Of a DNA stretch of 64,000 nt, positions 39,369-48,471 are shown piece by piece; positions within the stretch are counted from its first letter, which is position 1, and the number at the start of each line of letters is the position of its first letter. Position numbers and translations under genes: made by a program. Source of the stretch: a virus; the IMG/VR virus record IMGVR_UViG_3300033148_004210, positions 1 to 64,000 of that record; one strand, given 5' to 3'. The notes under the pieces were generated by a model. That model saw nothing but the letters and a program-made list of their open reading frames with translations, searched no databases and had not been told where the DNA came from.

Positions 39369-40581
39369 TTATAGCCCTCATAAATCTTTCTTTAATTTGT
39401 TTTCCAGTTAAAGGAATTCTTGGAGCATTTCCTTTGCCTTTTTCTATTTTAATAACTATAGTATTAGGAGCTAACGATTTAAAATCACAATAATTAGAAG
39501 CTGTTTGTTGTCCTCCTGTTGAAGCATGGGTGTTGTTATCCAAAATATAATGATGTAAATTTTTAGGATTTAATTTTTTATGTGTTATTAAACTATTTAA
39601 TCCCATAAGGGTTTCTCCATCTCCTGTTATAACAACTATTTTCTTTTTGGTATTTTTTGCAATACCGATACCTATAGAAAGACAACTGCCCATTCCTCCT
39701 AAAAGATATAAATTTTTATCACTATCTAATATTTTATAAATCGTCCTTGAAGTCATGCCTAATGAAGATATTAACAAAGTATCTTTTTTTAATGTATATA
39801 AAATTAATTTAATCGCTTCCTCTCTTGTGGGATTTTTATTGTTTACTAGATACTTAAAATATTTTTTCCAAAATTTTCTGTTTATATTTGTTTTGCCATG
39901 ACATGATAAACAAAGACTTATAAGGTTATTAAAATTTAAATTATTTTTATTGTAATCTATATGATGGATACATAAAGATTTTTTTATTTCGGATTGTTTT
40001 ATACTACATAATTGGCAACTATATTTATCTCTTTTTCTAATTTCTTTTTTTAATCTTTCTGTAAATTCTATAGGATAAGGTTCAAAAGAAGAACCATTAT
40101 TCCAATGAGGACTATTTTCTCCTTTCTTTGCACATGCCCCACATCTTCCTAAACCAAAACAAGCGGAATCATAACAAATTTTATTTCCACATTCTATACA
40201 ATAATAAATTTGTTTGGTTTTTCCATCTTTATAATTATGATTTAATTTATCTTTTTTAGATTCGCTCAAACTTCTAATAGGAATTTCATGTATTTTTAAA
40301 TATTTAAAAACAGTAGTTATTGAACAATTCTTTTCCATTGCTATTTTAGAAGGAATTTTTGAATTTTTGATATATTGTTCATAAAGAAATTCTTTAGTTA
40401 AAATTTTATCCCACTTTTTTTGATGGAGGTTTCGTCTCGGAATATTATATTTTTTCATCCAATATAATATCACTTTATGAGAACAATCTAATTCAGATGC
40501 AATCCTATGTAATGATATTTTATTTTTTATATATTTCTTGATAAGCAATTTTCTTGTTATGTTGTATTTTTTCTTAGCCAT
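39361..40581 (-). CDS. HNH endonuclease fused in frame to phosphonopyruvate (or sulfopyruvate) decarboxylase beta subunit
   Basis: N-part RDKYSCQLC..HHIDYNK..CLSCHGKTN. C-part (39361-39828) TREEAIK..GGMGSCLSIGIG..TGDGETLM..LDNNTHASTGGQ (ThDP GDG...NN motif). Confidence 0.85.
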   Translation of the reverse strand: MAKKKYNITRKLLIKKYIKNKISLHRIASELDCSHKVILYWMKKYNIPRRNLHQKKWDKILTKEFLYEQYIKNSKIPSKIAMEKNCSITTVFKYLKIHEIPIRSLSESKKDKLNHNYKDGKTKQIYYCIECGNKICYDSACFGLGRCGACAKKGENSPHWNNGSSFEPYPIEFTERLKKEIRKRDKYSCQLCSIKQSEIKKSLCIHHIDYNKNNLNFNNLISLCLSCHGKTNINRKFWKKYFKYLVNNKNPTREEAIKLILYTLKKDTLLISSLGMTSRTIYKILDSDKNLYLLGGMGSCLSIGIGIAKNTKKKIVVITGDGETLMGLNSLITHKKLNPKNLHHYILDNNTHASTGGQQTASNYCDFKSLAPNTIVIKIEKGKGNAPRIPLTGKQIKERFMRAINE

Positions 40582-40939
40582 TTTGTTTTACATATTTTAT
40601 GTTTTTATAATTAAGTAAATTTAATAATTTAGGAGTTATTTTACTCATATGTCTATGATATTCAGGTTTTTTTCTTAGACTTATTAATAAATCTATTTCT
40701 ATGTCATAATATTGCATAATAGAAGTTAATAAAGTTAAACAAGAACCCAATCCACTATCTTGCATAAAAACTAAAGGATTTTTATCCATTAATTTTGCTC
40801 CTATCGCCATAGCCAAAGCTTCATCCTCTTTTGTGGCAATAATAACCTTATCATAATTTATTATTCCTTTAAATTTAGAACAAGGAACTCCCGTAATAAA
40901 ATCATGAGAATCGACCCATCGTTTTAATTTTCTATTCAT
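40574..40939 (-). CDS. Phosphonopyruvate (or sulfopyruvate) decarboxylase alpha subunit, compact
   Basis: FITGVPCS..ATKEDEALAMAIG..VFMQDSGLG..SLR..PEYH. Confidence 0.85.
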   Translation of the reverse strand: MNRKLKRWVDSHDFITGVPCSKFKGIINYDKVIIATKEDEALAMAIGAKLMDKNPLVFMQDSGLGSCLTLLTSIMQYYDIEIDLLISLRKKPEYHRHMSKITPKLLNLLNYKNIKYVKQNG

Positions 40940-42188
40940 ATTTTAATTTTCTTCTTTTTGTTTCTTCTATAGGAGTAAGACTACGAAATTCGTCCAAAGT
41001 AGATATATACTTTTCTAATGATTTTGCGTTTTGTTTAGTTTTCAATATCTGTAATATTTTTTTAACTCCAAATATTTTTGCTCTCTGAGTTTGGTTCGCA
41101 AATATCACTATCGAATATCCAGCATCAAATAATTCTTTATTAGTAATATGTGGGAATTTTGAAGGCACAATTATTAATGGTATTTCTCTTTTCCAATATT
41201 TAGGAATCCCCAGGGCTTCTTTTCCAGTTTTGTCTTTTGAGTGCATTAAAATAAGGTCTGCACCACAATCAGCATAATAATTAGCTCTTATTAATGCTTC
41301 TTTTTTCCCGTATCCTCTAATAAGAGCCTCTGTTCTTGCTATAATACAAAAATCTTTTGTTCTTTGTATTGCTTTTCCAGCTTTAATTTTAGCACCATGT
41401 TTTTTCATATCTACTATAGGAATTTTTCCTCCCCAAAGAGAATTAGATTTTGGAAAAATATTATCTTCTATACAAATTGCAGATACTCCAATTTTTTCTA
41501 ATTCCTTAACTGCTCTTATAAATTGTTCTATATTCCCATATCCAGTATCGGCATCTACTATAACAGGAATATTAACAGATTCTACAATTGGTCTTGCAAT
41601 ATTTATCATATCCGTTAAATTTATAGTTTCATTGTCTACTAATCCTAATCGGGCACTTGTTTCAAAAGAAGAAACCCAAATACCATCGAACCCATACTGT
41701 TCTACTAATTTCGCTGTAATGGCATCATTAGCAGATACTATTACTAATTTTTCTTTAAAAGCATTTTTTAAAGTGTTTTTACTCCTAATATTTTGTAATA
41801 ATTTGGTAGTTGATAAATTAGGATAATAAGGAACTAAAACAGTTTTAATTCCCATTTCTTCAGCTTTTTTAGTATAAGGAGGTATAAAGTCATCGCCATG
41901 AACTATTATATTAACATCGTATTTTTTCAAGTTTTCATATGTTGTAGGGGATTCTTTATCTCTACAATCTTTGATTACCAAATCAATTTCTTTAATAGAT
42001 TTTAATATTTCCACTCTATCTTTATAAGGCATTATAGGTTTTCTTTTATAATCTTGAGTTATATTATCAGGATGCACTCCAATTATTAAATAATCTCCCA
42101 AAGCTTTAGCTTTACGGAAAAATTCTATATGTCCCCGATGCGGTATATCTGCCACTACATTAGCGTATACTATTACTTTATTTTTCAT
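40932..42188 (-). CDS. pepM: Cytidylyltransferase-phosphoenolpyruvate mutase fusion
   Basis: N-terminal HRGH nucleotidyltransferase with VHGDD and STT. C-terminal GFDGIWVSS, VDADTGYG, IEDNIFPKSNS, IIARTEALI, GADLILMHSK. Next to decarboxylase and AEP transaminase genes. Confidence 0.85.
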   Translation of the reverse strand: MKNKVIVYANVVADIPHRGHIEFFRKAKALGDYLIIGVHPDNITQDYKRKPIMPYKDRVEILKSIKEIDLVIKDCRDKESPTTYENLKKYDVNIIVHGDDFIPPYTKKAEEMGIKTVLVPYYPNLSTTKLLQNIRSKNTLKNAFKEKLVIVSANDAITAKLVEQYGFDGIWVSSFETSARLGLVDNETINLTDMINIARPIVESVNIPVIVDADTGYGNIEQFIRAVKELEKIGVSAICIEDNIFPKSNSLWGGKIPIVDMKKHGAKIKAGKAIQRTKDFCIIARTEALIRGYGKKEALIRANYYADCGADLILMHSKDKTGKEALGIPKYWKREIPLIIVPSKFPHITNKELFDAGYSIVIFANQTQRAKIFGVKKILQILKTKQNAKSLEKYISTLDEFRSLTPIEETKRRKLKYE

Positions 42189-43153
42189 AAATAAAAACTT
42201 CCTTTATAATCATTAAAAAATTGATTTCTAATTCCTTTTTTAACTGCCTTTTCATAAATTATTTTCGCTAAAGCAATATCGCAAATAGCTATCCCTATAT
42301 TATAAGCTATAATTTTTTCTTTATTATTATCTCTTGCTCTTTTTCCTAAAATAATTTCCCCTAATTCTGCATAAATGTTTGGTAATCCTCCGCTAAATTC
42401 TCCTTTTGATTTATAATATAAAGTTTGTTCTTTGTCATCGGTAATAGTTTTATCAAATTTCATAGCACAATTTTCCCATCCTCTATGATGAATAGGTAAA
42501 ACCAATACCCCTTCTTTTAACCAATTCGGATTAACAAAAGGTTTATTTACATAAGTAGTTGCTGTTAAAATAATATCCGAATCTTTTACTGTTTTTTCTA
42601 TTGATGAACAAATTTCAAAAATTAACTTTGTTGGGCGAAATCTTTTAATAAACCTAACAGCAGTGTTTTTATATCTATAAATTTTTATTTTCTTAATTTG
42701 TGGACATAATTTATATATAAATTGCAAGCAAGCTACTGATTGGACACCTGCACCTATAATTGCAAGGGTTTTTGCTTCTTGAGTAGCAAAATATTTCGCA
42801 GTCAACCCAGCCATTACTCCTGTTCTCATAGCAGTAAGCCAACTAGCTTCCATTACTGCTAAAGGATGTCCTGTAATCATGTCATTTAATAAATAAGTGC
42901 TAATTACTTTTGGAATATTTTTATTAGTATTTTTGGGAAAACGACTTACCCATTTAATTCCTGACATATTGTATTTCGGAACATAAGAAGGCATTGAGGT
43001 AAAAAATATACCATCTTCAGGAGCAATACTTACTTTGGCTGGCATAAAAACTCTTTCGTTTGCGTGTTCTTTTAAAACATCTACTATCGCATTTAAACAT
43101 TCATTAAAAGTAATCTTTAATGATAATATTTGTTTATGAGATAAAACAATCAT
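42185..43153 (-). CDS. Ornithine cyclodeaminase/mu-crystallin family oxidoreductase
   Basis: MPSY..GIKWVSRFPKN, LTAMRTG, IIGAGVQ, AELGEIILG, GIAICDIA. Confidence 0.85.
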   Translation of the reverse strand: MIVLSHKQILSLKITFNECLNAIVDVLKEHANERVFMPAKVSIAPEDGIFFTSMPSYVPKYNMSGIKWVSRFPKNTNKNIPKVISTYLLNDMITGHPLAVMEASWLTAMRTGVMAGLTAKYFATQEAKTLAIIGAGVQSVACLQFIYKLCPQIKKIKIYRYKNTAVRFIKRFRPTKLIFEICSSIEKTVKDSDIILTATTYVNKPFVNPNWLKEGVLVLPIHHRGWENCAMKFDKTITDDKEQTLYYKSKGEFSGGLPNIYAELGEIILGKRARDNNKEKIIAYNIGIAICDIALAKIIYEKAVKKGIRNQFFNDYKGSFYL

Positions 43154-44240
43154 TTTTTACCTTCTTTACTGCTTTCAAAAACTTTCTAATATCTTTCTCT
43201 GTTATATTCCCTATATTTCCTAACCTAAAGGTTTTTTCATTGGTTAATTTTCCAGGATAAATAGTGAACCCTTTTTCTTTTAATTTATCATGAAATTTAT
43301 TAAAATCAAATTTTTTAGGTTCATAAAAAGTCGAAACTATCATACTTTTTTCCTCATCTATAAATAATAAAGGTCGAAATCCTAATTGTATCATACCATA
43401 TTCCAATTCCATAGAATTGCGACAATATCTTTTATATCGATTTATTCCCCCTTCTTTAAAATATTCTTTTAAAGCTTGTTTTAAAGAATATAAACATTGC
43501 ACCGCAGGTGTAAAAGGAGTTTGATTATGTTTATCAAAATGCTTATAATTACGCCATAAATTTAGATAATAAGACCTTATAGGATAATTTCGAGTTTTCA
43601 TAAGTGCCATTTTTTTTGCAATTACAAATGAAATTCCTGGCATCCCTTGTAAACATTTATTTGCTGAACCCATAATAAAATCGGCTTGAACTTTTTGAAT
43701 ATCAATAGGTATTCCCCCAAACGAAGATATAGTATCAACAATATAAATTTTTTTATGTTCTTTAACTATCTTTCCTATAGTTTCAATATCATTTAAAATT
43801 CCTGTAGTAGTTTCGTGATGAATTACTGCTACTGCGGTTATATCAGGATAATATCTAAAACAATATTCGATAGCATCTATTCTGATAGAAGTTCCCCATT
43901 CTGTTTTTATTGAAATAGTATTAATACCATAACTTTTTGCTATTTCTTCTATTCGTGTTCCATAAGCTCCATTTTCTAAAATCAATAATTTTCCATTTTT
44001 CGGAATAACAGAATTAATAGTGGCATCCATAACAGAAGTTCCTGAACCAGTAAATAATATAGAAGTATATTTTTTATCCCCATGAACTACTTTAAGTAAA
44101 TCTTTTCTAATACCTTCCATCACTGCCCCAAACTCCTTTTCTCTTGGACAAATATCAGGAACAACTTGAGCATATTTTACAGTGTCGGTAGTTGTTGCTG
44201 GTGCTGGAGTTAATATAATATTTCGTTTAATTTTTTTCAT
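43134..44240 (-). CDS. phnW: 2-aminoethylphosphonate-pyruvate transaminase
   Basis: LTPAPATT, DICPREKEF, GSGT, NGAYG.R, HHETTTGILN, DTISSFGG, SANKCLQGMPG, FTPAVQ, IYPGK. Confidence 0.9.
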   Translation of the reverse strand: MKKIKRNIILTPAPATTTDTVKYAQVVPDICPREKEFGAVMEGIRKDLLKVVHGDKKYTSILFTGSGTSVMDATINSVIPKNGKLLILENGAYGTRIEEIAKSYGINTISIKTEWGTSIRIDAIEYCFRYYPDITAVAVIHHETTTGILNDIETIGKIVKEHKKIYIVDTISSFGGIPIDIQKVQADFIMGSANKCLQGMPGISFVIAKKMALMKTRNYPIRSYYLNLWRNYKHFDKHNQTPFTPAVQCLYSLKQALKEYFKEGGINRYKRYCRNSMELEYGMIQLGFRPLLFIDEEKSMIVSTFYEPKKFDFNKFHDKLKEKGFTIYPGKLTNEKTFRLGNIGNITEKDIRKFLKAVKKVKNDCFIS

Positions 44241-45220
44241 TAATATTTCCTATAAGGTTTCCCAGAATGGAATCCATTGGCATTAAGCCATTTATAATGT
44301 TCTCTAACTGCATCCACACATTCTTCTTTTTTATAATCAAGAGTATATCCAAAATACTCCATTATATCTCCAAAATAATATTCAATAACTTTTCTTTGAT
44401 ATTCTGTTAAAATTTCCTTATAAATACCAATTCTATTTTTATTAATTCCTTTATAAATTTTAGTAAAACTATTTCCTTTCCATTCTACTCCACAACAAGT
44501 TGGATTAAGATTTAAAAGGGATTCTCTAATTCCTATCCATTGACATAATTCTGTCATTGATTTTTTTGGAGATTGCACTAACTTCTCATAACAAATATTT
44601 TTATATTTTGTAATTCCGAATTTAAGCCAATTATCTTTCGCCATATTCATACATAAATAACCTCTATCAATAAAATCTCTTAATAATCTTTCTTTACTGT
44701 CATATTGATTTTTGTAATGCTTATCCCATCCAGTTAAAATAGAAGCGAAATTATCTCTTGGGTCTCTAACTATATTTATAAATTTGGCATCTGGGTAGAT
44801 TTTAAAAATTTCATTTACATATATTTCAGAATGGGTATCTTTAGTAATTACAATTTTATCTTTTATTCTTATTTCTTTATCTAAAACATTTCTTACAGCA
44901 TCTATCATAGAAACAAAAAACCCACATACATCTTTATTGTGAATCGATAAAAGTGCATCAAAATTATTTTCTAATTCTTTCTGAAAAATCTCCTTTTTAC
45001 CCCATTTTAAAACTATTTGACACAAATCTTTTAATAAAAAATTCTTTATTCTATCTTTTTGTTGTTCTAAAGTATATTTAGATTTTAAATATTCAGGATA
45101 AAAAGAATACCAAAAATGAGTTTCATAAGGATAGACCCATAAATCAGGATGTCCATCTAAAAGACTAGCGAGTAAAGTAGTCCCTGATTTTCTATGTCCT
45201 CCAACAAATAAATGTTTCAT
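44240..45220 (-). CDS. Sulfotransferase family protein
   Basis: 5'-PSB motif GHRKSGTTLL, LDGHP, FINIVRDPRDNFAS, YEKLVQSP. Confidence 0.82.
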   Translation of the reverse strand: MKHLFVGGHRKSGTTLLASLLDGHPDLWVYPYETHFWYSFYPEYLKSKYTLEQQKDRIKNFLLKDLCQIVLKWGKKEIFQKELENNFDALLSIHNKDVCGFFVSMIDAVRNVLDKEIRIKDKIVITKDTHSEIYVNEIFKIYPDAKFINIVRDPRDNFASILTGWDKHYKNQYDSKERLLRDFIDRGYLCMNMAKDNWLKFGITKYKNICYEKLVQSPKKSMTELCQWIGIRESLLNLNPTCCGVEWKGNSFTKIYKGINKNRIGIYKEILTEYQRKVIEYYFGDIMEYFGYTLDYKKEECVDAVREHYKWLNANGFHSGKPYRKY

Positions 45221-45221
45221 T

Positions 45222-45398
45222 TTACCTCTTAAATATTTTATAAAAAACTATATCGTAAATAAAATAAACTATGGTAGCAACTATAGCAATCAATAATGCG
45301 GTTTTAATCCCAAATAAACAGGCATAAATTATAGTTGCTAAAATACGATAAAAAAGAGCTTTTAAAAATAATATATTAGAAGTAATCTTCGATTTCAT
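45222..45398 (-). CDS. 58-aa membrane protein, DUF2061-like (not in ORF track)
   Basis: KALFYRILAT...TIVYFIYDIVF, two hydrophobic helices. Confidence 0.45.
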   Translation of the reverse strand: MKSKITSNILFLKALFYRILATIIYACLFGIKTALLIAIVATIVYFIYDIVFYKIFKR

Positions 45399-45553
45399 TT
45401 CTCTAATTCCTTATGAATTAAATAATGTTCTTTTAAAGCTTCGTTTAACCAGTTTTTTAACTGTATTCCTTTAAATAACCTATCACTTCTTACTATCCAC
45501 TTATGACCACATAAATAACATTCGTAACTTGTGGTGTCATAGAATTTTTTCAT
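45395..45553 (-). CDS. 52-aa C2H2-like zinc finger protein (not in ORF track)
   Basis: YECYLCG...LKEHYLIH; overlaps both neighbours. Confidence 0.5.
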   Translation of the reverse strand: MKKFYDTTSYECYLCGHKWIVRSDRLFKGIQLKNWLNEALKEHYLIHKELEK

Positions 45554-46137
45554 TATTTACTCCAATTTTTAGGGGGTTTTATATACTTTTGTAATCCGTT
45601 TATAGACTTTAAATCCAATAATTTCCATACTTCTTTTAGTTCTTTATCAGGATTTTTTACTAAAAATTCATACGATACAATATTACTAATATTTAAGTTT
45701 TTTTCTTCAAAATGAAGAAAACTAGCTACCATATGGTGTCTAAATCCTATATATAAATTCTTACTACATAATCCTCTAACACTATGTTTATCTTGTCCTA
45801 CCCAAGATTTATAAGTTTGTTCAGCATCTCTAACAATAAAAATAAACTTCGCTTCAGGAAATACTAAAGCCAATCTTCGCCAAGTCATAGCTTCTATACC
45901 AGCATTTAAAGCAAATTTAGCTCCCTTATATTTCCCAGGTGCATAAGAAAATTCTTTAATAATCTTTTTAACATAAGGGTCGTTTTTATATCTTCCTAAA
46001 TGAGAAACCCTAATACTGTGCCAAAGTTCATAAGGCTCAAATTTTATTTCTTGGACTTCAGGATGTTTTAATATTAAGTCTCTTAAAATGCTAGTGCCAC
46101 TTCGTCTCATACCAATTATAAAAAATAGTTTATCCAC
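45553..46137 (-). CDS. Sulfotransferase family protein
   Basis: FIIGMRRSGTSIL, FPEAKFIFIVRD, SYEFLVKNP. Confidence 0.8.
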   Translation of the reverse strand: MDKLFFIIGMRRSGTSILRDLILKHPEVQEIKFEPYELWHSIRVSHLGRYKNDPYVKKIIKEFSYAPGKYKGAKFALNAGIEAMTWRRLALVFPEAKFIFIVRDAEQTYKSWVGQDKHSVRGLCSKNLYIGFRHHMVASFLHFEEKNLNISNIVSYEFLVKNPDKELKEVWKLLDLKSINGLQKYIKPPKNWSK

Positions 46138-46141
46138 TTTT

Positions 46142-47566
46142 TTATTCCTTATTTAAATTTATTATACCGATATTTTCTGGAATATCGTTAAAATGATGCA
46201 AACACATAATTAATTGGAAAGGCAATCCTTCAAAAACTTGTAATATATGCTGTAAATTATTAGTATCAAGATTCGCAAACCCTTCATCTGCAATTACGAC
46301 ACCAGTATCGTTATTTTGTAAAAGTAAAGCCAACTTAAATGCAATCTGAAGCATTAATTTTTGTCCACAAGAAAGTTCTTTATACTTGTAATCTATATTA
46401 TTTTTTCGTAATTTAATCCCAAATTTTCCTTTAGTATTTACATCAAAAGATACAGTGAAATTAATTTTTTGTAAAATAGAATTTATTATCGGTTCTAAAG
46501 TTTTAACCGTCTCTGTTAAATAATAAGAAGAAATATTATCCAATTCTTTAATAGCTTGTTTAACTATTTCTTCATCTTTATTAGTATATATAAATTCTTT
46601 CATTTTTAATCGAGATTCTAATTTAATTTTTAAATTTAATAAGACTTGTAATTTATTACTAATGTTTTCTATAATAGTCCTATGAGAAGCGATAAGGTCT
46701 TTCATTTCCGCTATCTCTGAAGTCTTAGTTGCTAAAGAAGTATTAATCTCCTTAACTTCTTTTTCTATATCTACAGTTAATCTTTTTTGAGTAGTTTGAG
46801 GAATAACCTGTTTACATACAAAACAAGTTCTGTCTTTAGTAACTTTATTTTGATTATACTTTATAGTCTTTTTCCTTTGTTCTAATTGTCCCATTTCTCT
46901 TTCGGTTTTACGAAAATCGTTTTCAAATTCTCTAACAGTTTTAATTAGTTCTAAATTTTGTTCATCTAATTCTACATATTTACTATTTATAAGTTGTAAT
47001 CGTTTTTCACTAGGATAATGAGTAGAAGCTTGAATCCTGTCTTTATTATAAAGTTCTCTATTTCGTTTTATCTCTAATAATTTAACCCTCATATTATTAA
47101 AAATCTCATCTGAACCTGCAAATATAATTCTCTTTAAAGCAACATTGCCTTGTTCTAATAAATTGCTTTCTTTAGCAGAATCTATAACTCTAAATTTTTG
47201 AAAATTCTCCCTAGACCCTATTAAATCAGTAATAAATCTATTGCCTTCTGCACCTGTATCAAATTTAACTGGTTTATTGTCTTTAATAATAGAAAGTTTA
47301 GTAGGAAAACTTCTTTTTACGATATAGTTAGAGTTATTATGTTTAAATTCGAGTTCTACAGAACAGGATTTGGATACTCCTTTTGTAGGTAAATCGCTTA
47401 ATAAAGGATGTGTCGTGTAGCCAAACAGGGCATAAAGCAGTGATTCTAAGGCTACAGTGGTCTTTCCTGACCCGTTAGCTCCCTGCACCAATGTCATAGG
47501 GTCAAATAGGAATTTAGCCCCTTTAAAACACTTAAAATTCGTTAAACGAACAGTCTTTATAATCAT
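46142..47566 (-). CDS. sbcC: SbcC/Rad50-like ATPase
   Basis: LTNFKCF, GANGSGKTT, CFVC zinc hook, LSCGQ signature, IADEGFANLD. Confidence 0.88.
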   Translation of the reverse strand: MIIKTVRLTNFKCFKGAKFLFDPMTLVQGANGSGKTTVALESLLYALFGYTTHPLLSDLPTKGVSKSCSVELEFKHNNSNYIVKRSFPTKLSIIKDNKPVKFDTGAEGNRFITDLIGSRENFQKFRVIDSAKESNLLEQGNVALKRIIFAGSDEIFNNMRVKLLEIKRNRELYNKDRIQASTHYPSEKRLQLINSKYVELDEQNLELIKTVREFENDFRKTEREMGQLEQRKKTIKYNQNKVTKDRTCFVCKQVIPQTTQKRLTVDIEKEVKEINTSLATKTSEIAEMKDLIASHRTIIENISNKLQVLLNLKIKLESRLKMKEFIYTNKDEEIVKQAIKELDNISSYYLTETVKTLEPIINSILQKINFTVSFDVNTKGKFGIKLRKNNIDYKYKELSCGQKLMLQIAFKLALLLQNNDTGVVIADEGFANLDTNNLQHILQVFEGLPFQLIMCLHHFNDIPENIGIINLNKE

Positions 47567-48471
47567 TTTAAACTCCTAATAAATTCCACTAATGTTTTAA
47601 TAGGTTCACCAGTTGCTTTATTTTTCTTTTCATCGAAAGCAGATGAGGCAATATCGAGGTGAATCCAATTATTAGGGTATTTAATGAATTGTTTAAGAAA
47701 CATCCCTGCCATAATTGTGCCACACTTTTTCTTTGAAGCATTTTGTATTCTTTTCTTGTTAAAATCTTTTTGTAGATAATCCCAAAGTGGTAAACGCCAT
47801 GCTAATTCTCCAGTTTTCATACTTGCTTTTTTATATGCGTGAGTAAATTCTTTAGTTGGTGTCATAAAAGCGGTTGCCTTTTTTCCTAACGCATAAGCAC
47901 AAGCTCCAGTTAAAGTCGCTACTGTAATAATTATATCGTTTTTTGAAGCGTTTAAATTCGTAATCGCTTCAGCCAAAATTAATCGACCTTCGGCATCTGT
48001 ATTCGTTATTTCAACTTCTTTAGTTCCTATTTTAATATAATCGCCAGGAATAATTCCATTAGGAATAAAATTTGTAGCTACAGGACAATAAGCAATTATA
48101 TTATCATTATCAAAATAAGAAGAAACTCCAAAAGCTACTGCCATCCCAGCCATATCTGCTTTCATTCCTAACATTTTAGTTTTTAAATCATATCCTCCTG
48201 CATCGAAAAGAATTCCCTTACCTACAATATAAATATTTCTCTTCTTTTTATCAATAGTGTTCATTAAAACAGAAGAAATTATTTTGGCATTTTCATGTTG
48301 ATTAGACATTAATTTAATAGGAGATTTAGAAGAAGTTTCGTTAAGTCCTAAACAAAAAAGAGAATACGCTTTTAATAATTTATCTTGATAATTATCAAGA
48401 TTTAATTTATTATAAGGCATATCAATTAATTTTTTACAAGCATTAATATAATAATCGAGTTTATTCTTCAT
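47563..48471 (-). CDS. M17 leucyl aminopeptidase, catalytic domain with reduced N-terminus
   Basis: VGKGILFDAGG.DLK, MKADMAG, NTDAEGRLILA, ATLTGA, WRLPL, WIHLDIA. Confidence 0.88.
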   Translation of the reverse strand: MKNKLDYYINACKKLIDMPYNKLNLDNYQDKLLKAYSLFCLGLNETSSKSPIKLMSNQHENAKIISSVLMNTIDKKKRNIYIVGKGILFDAGGYDLKTKMLGMKADMAGMAVAFGVSSYFDNDNIIAYCPVATNFIPNGIIPGDYIKIGTKEVEITNTDAEGRLILAEAITNLNASKNDIIITVATLTGACAYALGKKATAFMTPTKEFTHAYKKASMKTGELAWRLPLWDYLQKDFNKKRIQNASKKKCGTIMAGMFLKQFIKYPNNWIHLDIASSAFDEKKNKATGEPIKTLVEFIRSLK

